A stretch of DNA of 63,015 nucleotides, counting the filler, from Octopus bimaculoides (Eukaryota), in assembly GCF_001194135.2 (NCBI RefSeq). It is 5 parts of 4 records of this genome, joined end to end, with 100 filler letters (N's around TTAATTAATTAA, not from the genome) between each part and the next. Parts side by side here need not be neighbours in the genome. Positions count along the whole stretch, not along the records: positions 1 to 17,087 come from NC_069001.1; 4 more parts are not named here. One strand, 5' to 3'. Within the stretch, counting starts at the first letter, position 1, and each line of letters begins with the position of its first letter. Below the pieces are notes generated by a model. The model made no database searches. It was not told the DNA's origin and saw only the letters and a list, made by a program, of their open reading frames with translations. Made by a program: the position numbers and the translations under genes. This document shows, piece after piece, positions 1-13,404 of this stretch.

Positions 1-252
1 TTTAGCCCAGTATTTACCATGTAGGGGCTTTTCTTGCCATCGTTTTATCATGGTCCGTTGCTGTTCTAGTTTTAGTTTGGATTTCATTTGTTTTATAGCT
101 TTTGTTGTTTCTTCTTCTTCTTCTTCGTATTTGTTAGGTAGATTGATTTCTTGTTTGTATTTGTCAGCTTCCTTAAATACTGAAAACAGTTTTTTGTTTT
201 GCTCGTGTTTTGTGGCTATTTGTATTAGTTTCCCTTGCTTCTGGAGTAGGTA
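1..252 (-). mobile_element. R4/Dong-like RLE non-LTR retrotransposon fragment (post-RT region), 5'-truncated at (TAA)n
   Basis: Reverse strand reads YLLQKQGKLIQIATKHEQNKKLFSVFKEADKYKQEINLPNKYEEEEEETTKAIKQMKSKLKLEQQRTMIKRWQEKPLHGKYWAK, with the W..KPLHG motif that precedes the CCHC knuckle. Its 5' part is near-identical to 51555-51700. Confidence 0.85.
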
Positions 253-309
253 TTATTATTGTTATTATTATTATTATTATTATTATTAATATTAATATTA
301 GTATTATTA

Positions 310-365
<56 letters not shown>

Positions 366-400
366 ATGATTATTATTATTGTTATTGTTATTATTATTTA
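251..400. repeat. (ATT)n/(TAA)n microsatellite
   Basis: Interrupted ATT tract seen directly. Confidence 0.97.
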
Positions 401-485
401 GTAGTCTTATTTTTATAGTGTGTTTTCACTGCACTACTGAGCGCAGGTCTGTGTGCCTTGGGTATGTCAAAATGATGCTGTATTA
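401..485 (-). mobile_element. 3' UTR of RLE family A
   Basis: Reverse complement (catacccaaggcacacagacctgcgctcagtagtgcagtgaaaacacactataaaaataagactact) matches the 3' UTR at about 62275-62344; both run into (TAA)n. Confidence 0.85.
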
Positions 486-1505
486 TCTTTAACGTTTTGT
501 GTATTCCTTTCAAACTCTCCATGCATTCTCATTTCAAGAAGATCCCCTTTTGTCTTCTCTCTGGCTTGTGTTCATACCATTATTCGGCTCTCTCGAGGTT
601 TGCTTTACCGCATAACAACCAGTGGACATATCTGGCCACATTATCGTGTCACCTTTTGTATTCGCGTTGTGCGAGTTTACAGTACTCACTAACAATATGG
701 CTTATACTTTCTCCCTTCTCAGAGCACGTCCTACACTGTGGCGAATCAGTGCTATCATCAACGTGATATTCGGAGTAATTTGTCCTGAGTGCTTGTTCTT
801 GAGCGCTGCACACTAATGCCTCAGTGGGCCCTTTTCTGTAGCCAATGCCAGGTTCTATTCCAATCAATCTCAGCTTTATTCTTCAAGAACTGATTGTGTA
901 TTTTCTTGTCCTGCCAGATTTTCTTCATCTGCTCTCTCTGGTCTTTCTTAAGTTGTGTTGGATCTACAGCTTCGTTCACATTTAAGGTTTCCAGTATTTT
1001 CACTGCTTCAATCATTTCTTCTTTACTTCCCTTGACATACAAAGCCAGGCTATTCTCCTCTTCCATTACACAACATTCACAACACATCAATCCCCGTCCT
1101 CCTCCTTTCCTCTTTACATACAATCTTGACACAACACCCTTGGGGTGTAGTTCCTTGTTCATTGTCATTAATTTGCGTGTTCTCCGGTCTATCTCTTGTA
1201 ATTCATACTTCTTCCAAGATACTGTTCTTGCCACATATCTCATCAAAGCAACAGCCCACATGTTAATTGCTCTAATCTTATAGCAGCCATTTACCTTCGA
1301 TTGGAGCACAAGCCGAGTTCACCTGAAATACTATTTCCTGCACATTTCTTTCATCTTGTGTTCATTCAGCTTATCTCTTTCAATGATGCCCAGGTACTTA
1401 TATCCTTCCTCCCTGACTTCCTATATAATTTCACTTTCCAGGTTGATCCCAAGGCTTTTACTGATTTTCCCCCCTTTTGAGAATCATTACACCTCATTTC
1501 TCGAT
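486..1505 (-). mobile_element. R4/Dong-like RLE LINE fragment (family B): end of RT, thumb and CCHC zinc knuckle; pseudogenised
   Basis: Contains EGYKYLGII (RT motif 7), HPKGVVSRLYVKRKGGGRGL, AQEQALRTNY, CRTC...ESISHIVSE.C and the R(*)HD motif, with stops and frameshifts. Homologous to 62389-62960. Confidence 0.9.
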
Positions 1506-1508
1506 TGT

Positions 1509-1570
<62 letters not shown>

Positions 1571-1594
1571 TTATTATTATTATTATCATTATTA

Positions 1595-1667
<73 letters not shown>

Positions 1668-1680
1668 CATTATTATTATT
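1509..1680. repeat. Compound (CTA)n-(ATT)n microsatellite
   Basis: Seen directly. Confidence 0.97.
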
Positions 1681-1830
1681 AAGGCAGCAAACTGGTAGAA
1701 TCGTTAGCACGCTAGCCAAAATGCTTTGCGGCATTTCGTCCATCTTTATGTTCTGAATTCAAACGCTCCAGAGGTCAACTCTTGTAATCTTTCGGAGTCG
1801 ACAAATAAAGTACCGGCCAAGCAGAAAGGC
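1681..1830 (+). mobile_element. tRNA-derived SINE, family S1 (partial)
   Basis: ggcagcaaactggtagaatcgttagcacg...gaattcaaacgctccagaggtcaact...aagtacc aligns with copies at 13848 and 21311. Confidence 0.8.
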
Positions 1831-2719
1831 CTGCCGCTATATATGAATACATATATAACAGCAAACTCCTCATAAGAAGATTTTGCCATGAAAGGCTAAA
1901 AATGCTAAAGGAAAGAAACGCACATACACACACATGTATATAAGTTTATACGTGTGTATATCTGCATATATGTACATGCGTGTGTGCTCCTTTAAAATGT
2001 TTAATACATCCTTTCATATATTGTATAATAATCCTTAGCCTCTTCTTTTATAATTTGAAAGAGTTTTCTTCTTAGGCACTCCACGTTATTCTTTCTTATT
2101 CTGTAATCTTTCGCAAAAGTATTTTTTTGCATATCTTCAACTAATAAAGAAAAGTTTAATCACAGAGAACTTACTATGACCTATTATTCCATTGGTTAAT
2201 CCAAGGTGAGATGAAGACGAAGCATAGCTAACGCTTGGAGGGAAATCCTTAAGGATTGTAAACAGAAGGGCAACAGACATCGAGACAGGCTGAAGTGGAG
2301 ACGAGGTTTTGCGATCGGTCTCCTCAACGACCGGTATAAGTAAAAGATAGAGAGAGAAGGAAAAATGACCACGGGTTACGTGTTAGTAGCAGGCAGAGGG
2401 ATACACAGAAGGCAGAGAAAGAAGACAGCGAGAGAGATAGAAAGGAAGAGATGGTGAGAGAAAAAGGAGAAAGAAGAAAGTTTAGAAATAGAAGTCCCAC
2501 GGATATATAAATAACTTACTGTTAAACAAAAAACAAAAAAAAAACCAGGCCGTGTTGCGTTCCCTTACATAATAAGTGAAAAAATGTATAGTAAATGAAG
2601 AAGCGAAAAACAGAGAATTGCAAGTTAAAAAACATCAGAAAGATGTATTGAACGGAAAACAGACACGAAAGGTTCTTATTTCCCAGTCAATTATCGACCA
2701 GAGTGTAATTACACAATTA

Positions 2720-2822
2720 CGTGCCTTTAACGATAAGATTGTTTCCCAGCTGCAAGCATCTGAAAAAGTTGCAGCTGGGAAACAATCTTATCGTTAAAGG
2801 CACGCATCTGAAAAAGTTGCAG
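2720..2822. repeat. Perfect 36-bp inverted repeat with 13-nt loop, followed by a 19-bp direct duplication
   Basis: Arms 2720-2755 and 2769-2804 are exact reverse complements; gcatctgaaaaagttgcag occurs at 2756-2774 and 2804-2822. Confidence 0.95.
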
Positions 2823-4094
2823 AGAATATGGGGCCAAGAACAGACAAACAGTACATGGATAACAAGTGATATAGAAGTGGATATTCGAAAATGAATAAAT
2901 GTAATTCCAGGCGACGGACGTGGGACAAAGACGAAAAAAAAAAACAGAATGAAAGCGTAAGGCCAGATGAAGACGAGGCATGAGTAACGCTTAGAGGGAA
3001 ACTGCTAAAGACTGGGCAGAGAATGTTTAACCTCATGTAACAGTAATCGTAGTGCGTCGTGTAAATACTTACTTTCCCTTGTTTCGTTAAATTGTATATC
3101 CAACGCCGGATATAAAACTCATCCATGTTAGTGTATTAACCAATCAGATTTTACTTGATGATACAAATTTTCCTTTTATTACGGCAGTTTAAATTGTGTC
3201 AACTAAATTTCAAAGAAACTTGAAACATCTTTGTAGAAATGTTATTGAAAACAGCTATCTGTGAATGTTTACGGCCTGTAGGACAAACTGTACATATTCA
3301 CTGTTAGTTACCACATATTTACCAAATCATCCATTCTAAGAACTACGTTGTTCTCCAGGTTCCCGTACGAGATTAAATACAATCTTGCAATATAAACGGA
3401 CAATAGTCACTGTTCACGTTTGGGTTGAAGTTTCTTTAATATCTTTCTATGACAGAAATATTTTGATTCAAATATAGACCATTCTAGTCACGCGCTTTAT
3501 CAAGATTTGTTTGGGAAAAGTCGAGATGCGAAAGAAAATGATATATTTTGAGAGAGACTTTGCAAACCTCCCATAATTCACTCACGACATCACGTTAAGT
3601 TTCAGCTCTGCTATTAAATCTGGTTAGAACTATATGGAGTTCAGTGATTAAAGGAATATATGCATTAATCAAAATCTGGATTATGATCTGAATTCAACAT
3701 CACTGCATTAAGATAAATCAGAACTTTTTATGAGTGCCGCACACGCTCCAGAGGAGGGAAAGGGTTACAGTTTATAGCAGAGTGACATGGGCGATTACGA
3801 ATTATTAAAAGATGCAGACAAGTGGTATACTAATGATAGATATAAGATTTACACTTATATACAACGAAACAGAAACAAAATGCTGCACATATTTTACGTA
3901 GAGTAAATACTTTACATGCAATCGAAAATCTCAATAGGAACCCAAAATATTGCACGTCCCCGAAACATGCAGAAATGTTTTTAGTTTTGTCGTAAAGTAC
4001 ATAATAAAAATAAGATTACTTCATGTTAATGATAAAAGTAATGATGATGATTGTAATGATGGTGATGGTGATGATGAGAAGGAGGAGGAAGAGG

Positions 4095-4446
4095 GGTATG
4101 TTAACATCCGCTTGGCAGCTGATTTTCAAAGCTGTACACAGTTTCTCTTCTCTATCCCAAATCATTATATCAAGTATCTTGTGTCTACATGTAAGTGTAA
4201 TTTTCACTGGGATATTCTACCAGTATACCTTTTTATTATGAGTGGCTCTGGCTTCCACCATACTGTGGGGTGTTATTACTTTGTCCTAAGGGTTATTCTT
4301 TCGACGGATCTCATTATACCGAGTCCCAGCCACAACGTAACGTTTCATTGGTAGATAATACCGTGATGACATTTTCGGACAACAGCTTACGAAGAGGGAG
4401 ATATCTTCGGTGCTAACCCCATAAAGTCTGCGTCGGTTGTCACATT
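4095..4446 (-). mobile_element. RLE LINE family C fragment (decayed CCHC and start of endonuclease), 5' end at (CATA)n
   Basis: Reads SCCPKMSSRYYLPMKRYVV...YNEIRRK and IMIWDREEKLCT...ISCQADVNI; homologous to about 25190-25470 and 56640-56910. Confidence 0.85.
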
Positions 4447-4619
4447 TTACTGCTTTATGTATGTATGTATGTATGGATGGATGGATGGATGGATATATGT
4501 AATGTATGTGGGACCAATTTACGAGGGACAAATTCCGCGGGGTAAACAGAGATTATAAAAAGAATCAGGTTGGGCAGATATGGAGACAAATCCAATACAA
4601 TAGTTTGGGTTTGAGATAC

Positions 4620-4760
<141 letters not shown>

Positions 4761-6067
4761 GCAGACATGTAAGAATGTATACCTTTTGCAGAAATATTTG
4801 TAAACAAATTTAATCACATTATATAAAAAATCTCAAGTATTCTTGGGGTTTTCAAGCGGGGACGGGGATATTTAGGAATGTTGTAGTTACTCAAAAGTCA
4901 GAGTAGTTACAAAAGCCAGAGAAAGGGTACAGTTTTATTTCTCTTGGTTAACTTGATAGTATCTGCTTGGCTTTCAATCAAAAGTTGATACTTTTCAGTG
5001 ACAGTTTGTTCTTGAGATATATACCACCGAATTTTCTCAAACAAAGCAACTATTCTAAACATTGTACCGTTTGACAGCAACCCATTTTCTTCACACCAAG
5101 GAAGTAAAGACAGATTCGTTTGGACAAAGAATCTTTATGAATTTTGATCAGATTAAGTAAGAAATAGAGCTGTAGCTAGTCAGACATAAAATTTTAAGAC
5201 TAAATATTGAATTACTGCTTAATATTTTTTGGTTTTGCAATGTTTGTCCGTACAAAGATATGNNNNNNNNNNNNNNNNNNNNNNNNNNNNNNNNNNNNNN
5301 NNNNNNNNNNNNNNNNNNNNNNNNNNNNNNNNNNNNNNNNNNNNNNNNNNNNNNNNNNNNNNNNNNNNNNNNNNNNNNNNNNNNNNNNNNNNNNNNNNNN
5401 NNNNNNNNNNNNNNNNNNNNNNNNNNNNNNNNNNNNNNNNNNNNNNNNNNNNNNNNNNNNNNNNNNNNNNNNNNNNNNNNNNNNNNNNNNNNNNNNNNNN
5501 NNNNNNNNNNNNNNNNNNNNNNNNNNNNNNNNNNNNNNNNNNNNNNNNNNNNNNNNNNNNNNNNNNNNNNNNNNNNNNNNNNNNNNNNNNNNNNNNNNNN
5601 NNNNNNNNNNNNNNNNNNNNNNNNNNNNNNNNNNNNNNNNNNNNNNNNNNNNNNNNNNNNNNNNNNNNNNNNNNNNNNNNNNNNNNNNNNNNNNNNNNNN
5701 NNNNNNNNNNNNNNNNNNNNNNNNNNNNNNNNNNNNNNNNNNNNNNNNNNNNNNNNNNNNNNNNNNNNNNNNNNNNNNNNNNNNNNNNNNNNNNNNNNNN
5801 NNNNNNNNNNNNNNNNNNNNNNNNNNNNNNNNNNNNNNNNNNNNNNNNNNNNNNNNNNNNNNNNNNNNNNNNNNNNNNNNNNNNNNNNNNNNNNNNNNNN
5901 NNNNNNNNNNNNNNNNNNNNNNNNNNNNNNNNNNNNNNNNNNNNNNNNNNNNNNNNNNNNNNNNNNNNNNNNNNNNNNNNNNNNNNNNNNNNNNNNNNNN
6001 NNNNNNNNNNNNNNNNNNNNNNNNNNNNNNNNNNCACATACGCACACGTACCCTCCCCACACGCATA

Positions 6068-6210
6068 TATATACGACAGTCTTTTTTCAGTCCCCGTCTA
6101 CCAAATCCTCTCACAAGGTTTTGGTCGGCACGAGGCTTTAGTAGAAGACATTTACACAAGGTGCCACGCAGTGGAACTGAACCCGGAACTTCTTACCACA
6201 CAACCATGCC
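6068..6210 (-). mobile_element. SINE family S2, 5' half
   Basis: Reverse complement contains gttccgggttcagttccactgcgtggcaccttgtgtaaatgtcttctactaaagcctcg...gatttggtagacgg, matching other S2 copies. Confidence 0.85.
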
Positions 6211-6296
6211 TATACACATATTTTCATATTCACATGCATGTACACACATACATAATGATGCGTACACATATATGCATATATATGAACGTACATGCG

Positions 6297-6430
6297 ATTG
6301 GTGCCGGCGTGGAAAGTAACTTGCTTGTCAACTGCATGGTTTTGGGTTCGGTCCCACTGCGTAGAAACTTGGGAAAGTGTCTACTACTATAGTCACAGGC
6401 ATACTAAATTCTGAGTGAATTTGCAAGTCA
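6297..6430 (+). mobile_element. SINE S2-type head (degenerate)
   Basis: gtaacttgcttgtcaactgcatggttttgggttcggtcccactgcgtagaaacttgggaaagtgtctactactatag aligns to the S2 head. Confidence 0.75.
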
Positions 6431-7443
6431 TGTATATAAACACATGTATATATTGTATGTGTGAGCATATGCTATTGTCACCTTCTGTGTATTTGTGAGT
6501 GGATATTAACGTCTCGGAAGTGTTGCCCTTCGTGTATACTCACCCCCAAAGAATATGTCACGTCATGTAGAAATATCATGTCACTTAAAAGCAGGTGAGG
6601 GTGGGTGATATAGCAGCATCATATATATATATATATATATATATANNNNNNNNNNNNNNNNNNNNNNNNNNNNNNNNNNNNNNNNNNNNNNNNNNNNNNN
6701 NNNNNNNNNNNNNNNNNNNNNNNNNNNNNNNNNNNNNNNNNNNNNNNNNNNNNNNNNNNNNNNNNNNNNNNNNNNNNNNNNNNNNNNNNNNNNNNNNNNN
6801 NNNNNNNNNNNNNNNNNNNNNNNNNNNNNNNNNNNNNNNNNNNNNNNNNNNNNNNNNNNNNNNNNNNNNNNNNNNNNNNNNNNNNNNNNNNNNNNNNNNN
6901 NNNNNNNNNNNNNNNNNNNNNNNNNNNNNNNNNNNNNNNNNNNNNNNNNNNNNNNNNNNNNNNNNNNNNNNNNNNNNNNNNNNNNNNNNNNNNNNNNNNN
7001 NNNNNNNNNNNNNNNNNNNNNNNNNNNNNNNNNNNNNNNNNNNNNNNNNNNNNNNNNNNNNNNNNNNNNNNNNNNNNNNNNNNNNNNNNNNNNNNNNNNN
7101 NNNNNNNNNNNNNNNNNNNNNNNNNNNNNNNNNNNNNNNNNNNNNNNNNNNNNNNNNNNNNNNNNNNNNNNNNNNNNNNNNNNNNNNNNNNNNNNNNNNN
7201 NNNNNNNNNNNNNNNNNNNNNNNNNNNNNNNNNNNNNNNNNNNNNNNNNNNNNNNNNNNNNNNNNNNNNNNNNNNNNNNNNNNNNNNNNNNNNNNNNNNN
7301 NNNNNNNNNNNNNNNNNNNNNNNNNNNNNNNNNNNNNNNNNNNNNNNNNNNNNNNNNNNNNNNNNNNNNNNNNNNNNNNNNNNNNNNNNNNNNNNNNNNN
7401 NNNNNNNNNNNNNNNNNNNNNNNNNNNNNNNNNNNNNNNNNNN

Positions 7444-7500
<57 letters not shown>

Positions 7501-8161
7501 ATTTACATATATTTTGCTGCATATCCGTATGCATGTCTACAGGAAAATTTACATTCAAATTTATCTTTATTGAGATGAACATAATATTTCTTGACATCTG
7601 TCTACTTGTGATGGCACTGTGTCAAATCTGATGGTGACTTCATAGTGAGGTTTATTCACTAATAACTAGAGGTCCTTTGCAACAATCACTGTGCATTTAG
7701 CAGAATTTCCGACTTTGAATTTTTACCTTGTAACATCTGAAAAACTGTCCTCAGTACAACACCTTTTTGTCACGAATATGGTAGATTCTCATACTTATCA
7801 TATATGCACAAAGATATACAGAGATATATACATATACTTACACGTATATGTGAACATGAAATCGCACATACAATAGAGACACAAACTCTGATACATATAA
7901 ATTTATAGATTCCTATATGTAGAATATACATGTATATTTAAGATCATTGGCAATCATAAACTTTGGTAGATATGTTATGCTTTTTGTTTTTTCGTTTCCT
8001 ACGATGGTGATTTGTTGATCAAGAAATAGCACCCCACCGGATCTTTATCGTTTTTATCACAAGCAACAGCAAATATTTCCGATCTGCTATATCAGGGATA
8101 GAAGATCGGTAGTGTGAAAAACTGCAAAAATAGAAACAAAAACAAAAGAAATATACATATG

Positions 8162-8200
<39 letters not shown>

Positions 8201-8698
8201 GGAGTAAAAATAAAGATGGACAGATAAAAAGCAAAGTTGAATAAAACGCAATCCTCCACCTCACCAAGAAAAAGATTAAAAATATTTCCTTTGCTTTGAA
8301 AAGAAAAATATATAAATGCGTAAATAAATATAAAAATGAATAAATGCAAGAAATATAAAAGACAAAAAAAAAAACGGAGAAGCAATAACTGCAAAAAATG
8401 GTAAAACAAAAACGAAAAAATGCAACAAAATGTGTCAAAATTCTTTTTGGCACTTCTGATCAAGATTTTGGTGAGATGGTTCTTTCAAGATAGTTTTAGA
8501 TAGTTTATATAGAATTGTGATATCGGTTCGCAGATAATAATCTGGTGTTCCTGTAAATTATGCCAACACTTCATTTCAGTTAGCAAAATTCCTGTAGTGA
8601 TGGTCGATTTTTGACCGGTGAGAGAATAAAAACAATGAAGAAAACAAATGAGTAAATATAAAAATAAAGAAATAAACCAAAGCTGTTTTAGATCTGAT

Positions 8699-8742
<44 letters not shown>

Positions 8743-8844
8743 TGTTTGCGTGTTTGTGTATAGTGGTGATGGTGTGTTAGCGGCCCTTAGTTTGATGGGA
8801 AATTTTGTTGTTTTTCCAGAAAGTGTCATTGACTTCCTTTCTGC

Positions 8845-10290
8845 CAACATCATAACAACTACCACCTCAACTGCAAACCCAACACCACCGCGCTTATCTC
8901 AGCAAGCAACAATAACACATCCTCTATCATCATGACTACTGTCAACACATCACAAGGATTAAAACCACTGACACCAGTCTTTCCATATCTACAACACTAG
9001 CACCACAGCCTCCACCGCAACCACTACAACGACCACAAGCATTACCCTGACTACAACCACCATTCCATCACATCTACCCCTATAACCAATGCAAAATCTC
9101 TAGTACCACTGCTACTACCATCAAAACAACATCATTACCACAACCCGAAGCACACCGTCTTTGACACCAACAACCCAGTACAACTACAGTTTCTGGTACA
9201 TGTTTAACACCACCTGAACGCCATTAAAAACAACACTACAAATATCAAGGCATCATTACCAAATTTGTTACTACCACGCATACTCATTACTAAGGGGTTG
9301 CTCTCCCTCCCTCATTATTCAATGGTACACTCTCAGATTTAGAAAATAGTTTACAAAAATCTTCCCGCAGGAGTGGTTGTGTGGTAAGTAGTTTGCTTAC
9401 TAACCACATGTTTCCGTGTTCAGTCCCACTGCATGGCACCTTCACCAAGTCTCTTCTACTATAGCCTCGGGTCGACCACAACCTTGTGAGAAGATTTGGT
9501 AGACGGAGATTGAAATAAGCCTGTCGTATATATATATATATATATATGTGTTGTTGTACTTGGGGATGGTCATATTGCCAGTTTAGCCAACATATACATA
9601 TATATATATATATATANNNNNNNNNNNNNNNNNNNNNNNNNNNNNNNNNNNNNNNNNNNNNNNNNNNNNNNNNNNNNNNNNNNNNNNNNNNNNNNNNNNN
9701 NNNNNNNNNNNNNNNNNNNNNNNNNNNNNNNNNNNNNNNNNNNNNNNNNNNNNNNNNNNNNNNNNNNNNNNNNNNNNNNNNNNNNNNNNNNNNNNNNNNN
9801 NNNNNNNNNNNNNNNNNNNNNNNNNNNNNNNNNNNNNNNNNNNNNNNNNNNNNNNNNNNNNNNNNNNNNNNNNNNNNNNNNNNNNNNNNNNNNNNNNNNN
9901 NNNNNNNNNNNNNNNNNNNNNNNNNNNNNNNNNNNNNNNNNNNNNNNNNNNNNNNNNNNNNNNNNNNNNNNNNNNNNNNAGGCCTGTAACCATGGCTGTT
10001 ACTACCACAGCTACAATAAATCCTTACCATCATATCAACACTGATCAGTGCCACAAGAATAATACTGGTTTCAAATTTTGTCACAAGGTGAATAATTTTG
10101 GGCTTAGGGGCGATAAATGAAGTACCACCACTCTCACAACCACCAATTCAACTAAAAATTGCTACAAATATAATCACCTTAACAACTACTATGATGGCAC
10201 TACAACACATAGAGGACAAATATTACCCCCACCACCACCACCACAGTGATTACCACCTCTAAACCACTACTACCACTGCCACCACTTTTA
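8845..10290 (+). repeat. Degenerate CAC/ACT/CAA-rich low-complexity tract, interrupted by an S2 SINE and a gap
   Basis: Recurrent accactaccacaacaac-like motifs; no continuous reading frame. Confidence 0.7.
9365..9540 (+). mobile_element. SINE S2, 5' half ending in internal (TA)n
   Basis: cgcaggagtggttgtgtggtaagtagtttgcttactaaccacatg...cagtcccactgcatggcacc...gatttggtagacgg...ctgtcgtatata. Confidence 0.88.
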
Positions 10291-10739
10291 GAAATTAATC
10301 CATTGAGAAAAGTACAACACATGCAACAAAATAGAAACAATTAACAAACAAGATAAAACGAATTATTTTCAATAAAGAATTAGTTATTTCAGATCGAATT
10401 TTAGTATGATATGGTATTTGTATAAATTTGTATTGATTTATATTGTTATATATTGTTCTGTAAAGTTTTATAATTTCTGGAGCTGTTTTGCATTCTTCGG
10501 TATTTTGAATTGTTTTATATTGTTTTCTACCATTTTGTAATGTTTTGTATTGTTTTGTATTGCTATGTTTCTCGTGTGTTGTTGTGCATTATTATATAAT
10601 TGCTTTATATTGATTTTATATTAATTAGAAATGATTCATTTCTAAATCTCCCAGAGAGACTTAAACAGCAGTGTTACGATAAAGCAGTTGTATTCTGTCA
10701 ACTTAACGTGACAGTCCTAATAAGGGAATCATACTACTG

Positions 10740-10862
10740 CTATTTAGCCCTAGGAAGCTGGACCGCTTCCTGTCGGCCTTGACACATTCCCTGTGTCCTT
10801 ATGTTTATGAGGAGGAGACAAGCACCTCCACCCAGCCTAGCCAGCATTCAGGGACATGTTTC
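10740..10862 (+). mobile_element. Possible CR1/L2-like LINE 3' end
   Basis: GC-rich island in T-rich DNA; aggaagctggaccgcttcctgtcggcc translates as RKLDRFLSA, resembling the KLD.FL terminus of CR1-group ORF2. Confidence 0.4.
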
Positions 10863-11825
10863 TGATTTTATATTGTTTTGTATTTTATAATCTTTTGTAT
10901 TCATTTATGTTTTACATTTCGTTTAATATCGCTTTCTACCATTTTGTATTGTATTTTACTGGTTTGTATTACTACATTACTACCGTGTTGTTTGGCATTA
11001 TTATAAAATTATCTTAATTTGTTTTTCTACTCATTTGCTTGTTCATATTGTTTCCTGTATTGGTGCTATCTTAACCGCTTTTCTATTATTTGGTAGATTT
11101 CATATTGCTATTTATTTTTTAAATATACTTTTACATTACTTTATCACTGTATCCTGGGCTGTGTTCTATTATCCAGTATTCTTTTGTATAGCTGTGTTAC
11201 CCCTGCGTCGTTTTGCATTAGTTTCTAATGATTTTATATTGTTTCTAATATTGGTACTGATTCATCCTCTTTCCTGCTATTTGGTGTTTTTCATATTGCT
11301 ATGTACTTTTTCGTATAATTTTGTATTATTTTATTACTGTGCACTGTACTGTGCTGCTTTATGTTACCCAGTATGGTTCAGTATAGTTTGCTTTTATATA
11401 TTTATATTTGTGTTATGCGTTGTTATATAATTTCTTGTTGCTCTGTATTGGTTTGTAACATTATGTACGGATTGGATTTGTATATAATTTCATATTGCTT
11501 GTATTATTGTGCTTTTGTGTTGTGCGTTCCTGTGAGCTTTTTAGTACATTCAGATATGAGTTTGTATTGCTTTGTACTCCACCCCGTTATTTTGTTTTGA
11601 TGTGTCTTTTTCAGTAGAATCCATGTTTTTTATTATTGTGTTTATGCATTATACTGTTTTATAGTCTTTTTGTATTGTGTATCATATTGTTTTTTTTATT
11701 TTTATTTTTATTTTTATTTTTATTTTTCTGTTGTTTCATATTATTGTTTGATATAAGTTTGCATAGTTCTATGATCCTCTATTTTATCTTGTTTTGTTAT
11801 GTATTGTTTCGTATTGTCTACTTAG

Positions 11826-12136
11826 TGAAGGTGCGCAGTTCAGTGGATAGGCTATTTGGCTCACGATTTTAGAGTCACGAGTTCGATTCTTGACGGCACC
11901 ATGTGTCCTTGACAAATACACTTTATTTCACATTGCTCCAATCCACACAACTGGCAAAAATGAGTAGTACCTGTATTTCAATGTACTCAGTGTGTCACGC
12001 GGAATCTCCCTGAGTACTACGTTAAGGCTACGTAGGTCTATGGAATACTCAGCCACTTGCATGTTCATTTCACGAGCAGGCTGTTCCATCGTTTGGATCA
12101 ACTGGAACTCTCGTCGTTGTAAGTGACGGAATTCCA
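11826..12136 (+). mobile_element. tRNA-derived SINE, family S3
   Basis: A-box-like cagttcagtgg, B box gagttcgattc, gtgtccttgacaaatacacttta central motif and a distinct 3' tail. Confidence 0.75.
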
Positions 12137-12529
12137 CTTTCTATTGTCATATATAATTTTATGATTTTGGGTATTTGTTACGCATTCTATTGTTTTATAT
12201 TGTTTTGTGTGGTGTAATATCATTAGGTATTACTTCATGAATATTTTTATATTAGTATATTCTCCTGTATCATAATGTTTTTCTAGCATTGTTTTTTATT
12301 GGTTTATATTATTCAATATTGTTTGCTATATTTTTTTTATCGTATTATATACTGTTTTGTATTGCTTTTATTGTTATACATTGTTCTGCATTAATTCCCT
12401 TTGTTCAGCTTTTTTCTATCATTTTTTGCAATATTTGTATTATTTTACATAGTTTGCATATTATTTTATATTTTTCTATATTGACTTGAATTGCTTTACC
12501 TCGTTTTGTGTTAAATATTAATACTATTT

Positions 12530-13238
12530 TTAATAATATTTTATATTGCTTTTAATGATATTTTATATTGTTTTTAATGATATTTTATATTGTTTTTAAT
12601 GATATTTTATATTGCTTTTAATGATATTTTGTATTGTTTTTAATGATATTTTATATTGTTTTTAATGATATTTATATTGTTTTTAATATTTTATATTGTT
12701 TTTAATGATATTTTATATTGTTTTTAATGATATTCTATATTGTTTTTAATGATATTTTATATTGTTTTTAATGATATTTTATATTGTTTTTAATGATATT
12801 TTATATTGTTTTTAATGATATTTTATATTGTTTTTAATGATATTTTATATANNNNNNNNNNNNNNNNNNNNNNNNNNNNNNNNNNNNNNNNNNNNNNNNN
12901 NNNNNNNNNNNNNNNNNNNNNNNNNNNNNNNNNNNNNNNNNNNNNNNNNNNNNNNNNNNNNNNNNNNNNNNNNNNNNNNNNNNNNNNNNNNNNNNNNNNN
13001 NNNNNNNNNNNNNNNNNNNNNNNNNNNNNNNNNNNNNNNNNNNNNNNNNNNNNNNNNNNNNNNNNNNNNNNNAATATTTTATATTGTTTTTAATGATATT
13101 TTATATTGTTTTTAATGATATTCTATATTGTTTTTAATGATATTTTATATTGTTTTTAATGATATTTTATATTGTTTTTAATGATATTTTATATTGTTTT
13201 TAATGATATTTTATATTGTTTTTAATGATATTTTATAT
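12530..13238 (+). repeat. 22-bp minisatellite (gatattttatattgtttttaat)n spanning a gap
   Basis: Near-perfect tandem units on both sides of N run 12852-13072. Confidence 0.95.
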
Positions 13239-13404
13239 ATGCTGCTGCTTGTTGTTTTGATATTCTATGATCATAGTTATTATTTGTGTTTGTTATGATT
13301 TACTGTAGTTGTTTTGTAGAAGAATTAATTCAAATTTATTCACTTTTATCTTTTGCTTTGATTCGTTTTCATTCCTTTAAATATTTAACACCGTTTTGTT
13401 AAAC

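Noticed and set aside
5148-7597. Long ORFs of 270-390 aa here and at other gaps
   Set aside because: They are N read-throughs (poly-X) plus dinucleotide repeats.
8845-9290. Thr-rich mucin-like coding exon
   Set aside because: Stops interrupt the Thr-rich frames I checked; better explained as decayed trinucleotide repeat.
12530-13238. CRISPR-like array (also 52598-52695)
   Set aside because: Head-to-tail units with no unique spacers, eukaryotic context, no cas genes.
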